Shown piece by piece: positions 58,491 through 64,000 of a stretch of DNA of 64,000 nucleotides; position 1 is the stretch's first letter; each line of letters starts with the position of its first letter. Origin of the DNA: the human T2T-CHM13v2.0 reference genome, Homo sapiens; the NCBI RefSeq assembly GCF_009914755.1, contig NC_060935.1; one strand, written 5' to 3'. Under the pieces are notes generated by a model, which made no database searches, was not told the DNA's origin, and saw nothing but the letters and a program-made list of their open reading frames with translations. Made by a program: the position numbers and the translations under genes.

Positions 58491-58977
58491 CAACAATAGC
58501 TAAGCTTTACTGAATGCTTATTATGTACTAGGTATTATGTTTATATTTATTAAGGGTTTTATGTTTATTAATTGCTTAATCTTCACAACAACCCAATGAC
58601 ATGGGTACAATTATAATTCTTACTTTACAAATGAAGAAACTGAGAAACAGAGAGTTTAAGTAATCTGTACAAAGTTACACTGCCAGTAAGTGTCAAAGAC
58701 GGGATTGAGCCCAGGCAACCTGTTATTAAACCTGTGCTCTTAATTGTGAAGTTGTGATACTACAGCTGCCTTCACTCTTTAAATAATTCATGGGGCAAAG
58801 AAACTATCATCATAAGAGAAATCATGATGTTGAAAAGTACTTATCAAATTTGTGAAATGTATTTAAAATTGTACTTAGTGGGAAAAGTAAAAATATAATA
58901 GCAAAGGAAAAATGCATGGTAATAATTATAATGGTTATTGATACACGCTAAGTGTCAAACTTAAGCAGAAATTTTTA

Positions 58978-59295
<318 letters not shown>

Positions 59296-60133
59296 AAAGG
59301 TTTGTACAACCTTCTGCCATCAAATTTGAAAACTTAGGCAATTTCCTGAAAATACAAATGTGATTTACTAAAATTGACTCAAGGGAAAATAGAAAACTCA
59401 ATGTACCTAAAACCATGAAAAAGGCTGAATTTTGAGTTTAAGATCTACAATCAATAGAGAAGATAGATAGATGATACATACATAGATTTAAAAAGCCAAC
59501 CCATTGACATATAGCTTCAGAATTACAGGGTCAGTTTCTAGATTAAGCATCAGGATATAATGAATTTCTAAAACCTGACCTAGACCTGGCTTTATTACAA
59601 TTTGAAAAAGTCTGCAAGAGGTTTCTAATTGTATTATGATGGTTATTCACATTTTTAGGTCTTTTTAATTTTATCAGCATATACAAATAGTTTTTTCTAG
59701 TGTCCAAACACTAACTTCAGTTAAATTAAACACTGACCTTTGTGGAAGCATTGTGTAAGATTATTATATTCATTCTCACAAGTAGAGAAAATTCTAGACT
59801 ATAACAAGCTTATAACATTCCCATAATTTTTATCTGTCAGGTCCTAATAAGAGATGAAGAACAATGAAGATATCGTGAAAAATATTTTGCTTCCCTGCCT
59901 TCATACAATCCTCTAACAGTCAAAAATGTATCTGCAGCGCCCAGTAAGGCCAACTGATGACTCAAACACAACCCCCCAAGGGTGTCCTTATGCCCTTCCA
60001 TTGCTTAAAATAAAGAGCTCGGGGGTCACTTACGGAAATCAATGGGTAAGTCAAAATGTTAGCCATATAACGCCAGCTATATTTACTTCAAAGGAAGCAA
60101 AACTGTCATGCCCAAAGACAAAAACAAACGTGA

Positions 60134-60476
<343 letters not shown>

Positions 60477-61082
60477 TAAGAAAAAGCTTTTTAAACAACA
60501 CAGATTGAAATAGAATAAAGCGGATAACGACAACCACGAAAACTGCTACTGAAATCAAGTGTAGCATGATAAACTCTGTGGTGGGCCCCTTACCTGGGTG
60601 CCCTATGCATGTGCTATGTGCTTATTTTGCTTAATGCTAATCTAATCTCTTAGCCTAGACTAATGTATAATACTATTCATGTCATTTTCCACCATCCCTA
60701 ATGTGAGAGATTGTAAAATCCAACCACCTTTACAAATATATATGCTCTGGAGTATGTTTATGCTTCTATAACAAAAATATTCATGAAACTCAACAGAAGG
60801 GTATTCCAGATCTAGTCTAGATACTGTGGAATTTATTTATTGAGAATTTTTCTTACTGTTCTGGTGAAATATGTTTTCATTAGGGTGCTCTCAAACAAAC
60901 CAACAAAACAAAACAATTTGACTTAAACAATAAAAAACTGACCAGCTTGCATTTACACAAAGTCCAGAGATAGGCTCCATGTTGATTGATTGGTTCAGAG
61001 GCTCACTTGGATCAAGAACTTAGGTTCTTTCCATCTCTTTGCTCTGTAACCACCTGGTTTATATCATTTTCAAACCCAGTTC

Positions 61083-62292
61083 TTATGGCAGCGGCTGCTG
61101 CCATCATGCCGGCTGCAGCGGGGAGGTGTGGCTGGGGCTGTACACTCCATAGAGCTGGCGGGAGCCCCGCCCCTTCTGAGTTGAGGCGGAAGCTCCTCGG
61201 GTGTCGCTGCATCCTCCCAAACCATGGTTGCAGGCCCAGGCCTCCTGCTCTACTGAGCCTCCCTGTGCTCTTGGGGGTCGGAGGGCGGGAGCAGGCAGGA
61301 TCTGCCCTCCCGGGTGCAGCTGTAGCTGCCTGACCTACGGCTGCAGACCTGGGCCTCCCGCTCCAAGGAGCAGGCAGGAGCTGGGGACAAGCACGAGCCC
61401 CACTCCTTCCAAGTTGGCGGGGGGCGGGAGCTCCCTGGGTGCAGCTGCCTCTGCCCTCCCAGGTGCAGGACTCGGGCATCTCTGCAGCCTGCAGCCTCAG
61501 GGGGCTGGGAAGACACCTGTCCCCCAGGCTCCGGGGTGTCTGCTCCTGCTGCCTGGCCTCTCTCAGCTCTGGGCCTGCTCCAGTCTCTGAGCAAGGTTGG
61601 GGCCAAGTCCTGGGACCATGAATGGCAGTGGGAGGCAGACAGATTCCTGGGCGGAAGGGGTTGGGTCCCCCGTAAGGCCCCACCTTCAGGCCAGGGAGGG
61701 CCTGAAGGCTGGGGGTAGGGCGTCCAGTTCCACAGATCAGAGTGGGGACCTGTGGTGCCTCTTCCAGGCCTGCCCATGGCTGCTCATGGAACAATCGGCT
61801 AGCGTTTCCTCCCCTCTGAGATCCATAAAAGCCGGCAGCTCAGCCAGAGCAGGGCAGAGGGCAGAGGACAGAGAGATGATGGGATGACCCGCTGCAGAGA
61901 GGAGCTACCCTCCTGCTGAGAGCTTCAGAGACCTGCAGAGACTTCCAAATGATCTGCCTGCAGAGATGAGCCACGCTTTCCAGGGCTTTCTCTCTGCTGA
62001 GAGCTGAGTACTTGAGGAGAGGGCCTGCCTAGGAGCCGACCTGACTACAGAGAGGAGCTGCCCACTGTGGGTCTCTTCTGTTCTAACACTAAATAAAGCT
62101 CCTCTTTATCTTCTTCACCCTTCACCTGTCTGCATACTTTATTCTTTATTCTTCCTGGACGCAGGACAAGAACTCAGGGCAAAGGTGCCACTGGCCACAG
62201 AGGTTTTCAGGAAGAAAATTGACACCCCAAAGATTGCCACCGGCTACAGAGGCTTCCAGAAAGAAAATTGACACCTCAAAGATCCCGTAACA
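61083..62292 (+). mobile_element. MER52-type ERV1 solo LTR
   Basis: TTATGGCAGCGGCTGC...GATCCCGTAACA, AATAAA near 62092, perfect TSD GTTC. Confidence 0.9.
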
Positions 62293-63265
62293 GTTCCTCT
62301 CTAGGTTATAGGACAGCTGCCAATTACAATAAGGCCTGCTCACTTTCTTCTTTACATTCAGCAGAGAGAAATTGCCTCTCCCTAAGCCATCAGACAGTCT
62401 ATCTTCAGTCTTTTGGGGTCAGTTTGCGATGCTACCCAAACAATGTAGGGCTGGTTCCTTGAAGCAATCACTGATTGGCTTGCTGGCCAGGGCCCATCTA
62501 CTGAGTTCAGGTCAGTTCCTCAAAGCTCACTGCTGCAACATGATGGAAAGTGGGGGTGAATGTTGAGGAATCAACTACTCTATCCACTACAAAAGATTTC
62601 CTCAGAAAACGCTCATGTTTTTACTAAACTGACGCTTGACTGTACATTTATTTTGAAGTTTGCTAAGATGAAAGGAATTTTAGTATTTCTTACAGTTAGT
62701 GTCTAAGGTAGATCTCTGGAAAGGTTACGTGCCATCTTGAATTGCAGTTAGATTTCAGACAATTCATGAAATATCAATATTCAAATATAAATAGGAAGTA
62801 TAAACTGATTTTTAACCTAATTTTTAAAAAGTCAGTTATTAGATAAAATAATGTTAAAGTAAAAATTGTAGCTAAGCATTAAAGGCAATAAATATGTCCA
62901 AAGACATACATAGAGAGATTCTTTCAATTGGAGGAAGACCACTCCCCTAATAATCTAAGGTTGCCTTACATGACAGCTACAGTGCATAAACACTCAAACA
63001 TAATTTTATTCTTGAGCTGCAGAAAATTTAAACATTTGTGTGATATCGTCTACATATATGGAATATACGCATTCCTTTCGCTCTTCAAAATTTCTGTAAG
63101 GAAGTAATATATGCACATCGCAACAAAATTCAACCAGCACCAATAGTTTTTTAAGTCTCTTTCTCACTCAAATTTCCCCAGAATCTTCCTTCTTAAAGGC
63201 CTAAGATTATCAGTTTCTTGTGTGTTCTTCCCTAAATATTCTGTATATAAGAAAACAGATACAGC

Positions 63266-63569
63266 CTTTTTTTTTTTTCTTTGTGAGATGGCGTGTCGCT
63301 CTGTCTCCCAGGCTGGAGTGCAGTGGCACAATCTCAGCTCATGACAACCTCTGCCTGCTGGGTTCCAGCGATTCTCCCACCTCAGCCTCCTGAGTAGCTG
63401 GGATTACAGGTGCTCACCACCATGCCCAGCTTTTTTTTTTTTTTTTTTTAGTAGAGATGGGGTTTCACCATGTTGCCTAGGCTGGTCTCGACTTCCTGAC
63501 CTCAAGTGATCCACCTGCCTCGGGCTCCCAAAATGCTGGGATTACAGGTGTGAGCCACCACGCCTGGCC
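63266..63569 (-). mobile_element. Alu with expanded T linker
   Basis: Antisense Alu, flanks CAGATACAGCCTTT/CAGATACATCCTTT. Confidence 0.9.
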
Positions 63570-63923
63570 CCCAGATACATCCTTTCAAAAAAATACAAAT
63601 GGGAACACAGCTACACTGTTCAGAAACTTGCTTATCTTCGTTTGATAATACACTGCGTTCATACTCCATAGAGTGATCCAACCTTGAGTAACTAACTGCA
63701 TGATTATATCTCATGAACTTGAAGTGGAGGTAAGGACAGCACTTGGGCTTAGATGACGGCTGCTGTAGAAGGAGTGATTCACTGCCCAGGAAGGGAAAAT
63801 GCAATGAAGAACAGGAGCCCTGAAGGAATGTGCCACAGCACCTGGAGTGAGGGAAACAAAATCACCAGCAAGAGGTGAAAGTGATGGGGACAAAGAAGGC
63901 TGGGGCCTCACAAATTGCCTACG

Positions 63924-64000
63924 GTTGTTGTTGTTGTTGTTGTTGTTTTGAAACAGGGTCTTGCTCTGTTGCCCAGGCGGGAGTGTGGTCGCACAATCTC
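63924..64000 (-). mobile_element. Alu 3' end with (GTT)n tail, cut by window end
   Basis: (GTT)n then TTTGAAACAGGGTCTTGCTCTGTTGCCCAGG. Confidence 0.88.

Noticed and set aside
60986-61887. Long overlapping ORFs (up to 260 aa)
   Set aside because: Same MER52 artefact

Overview
Human genomic DNA, not prokaryotic: it carries Alu (including a human-specific AluYa5), L1, L2, MIR and LTR repeats. The first ~6.6 kb hold the last four coding exons and 3' UTR of TECTA (alpha-tectorin, 11q23.3) on the + strand, preceded by an intronic 35-bp minisatellite. The remainder is intergenic and repeat-rich. The most striking object is a 4-kb internally deleted betaretrovirus-like provirus (HERV-K14/HML-1 type, 51599-55576) with two LTRs and a GAAAG target-site duplication. 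It carries a spliced piece of the cellular TRPC6 channel mRNA, a ~170-bp segment of unknown origin, a second integrase tail apparently from another HML family, and a relic 3' end/PPT/LTR start of a MER41-type ERV1. From memory, TRPC6 capture by HERV-K14I has been reported before; the other mosaic parts need checking. Other notable items: an exact 59-bp duplication of TECTA 3' UTR sequence 2.85 kb downstream, a full-length MST element with a nested MER41 LTR, and a divergent pair of MER52 LTRs. Repeat subfamily names are from recall of consensus sequences, and boundaries of old repeats are approximate.
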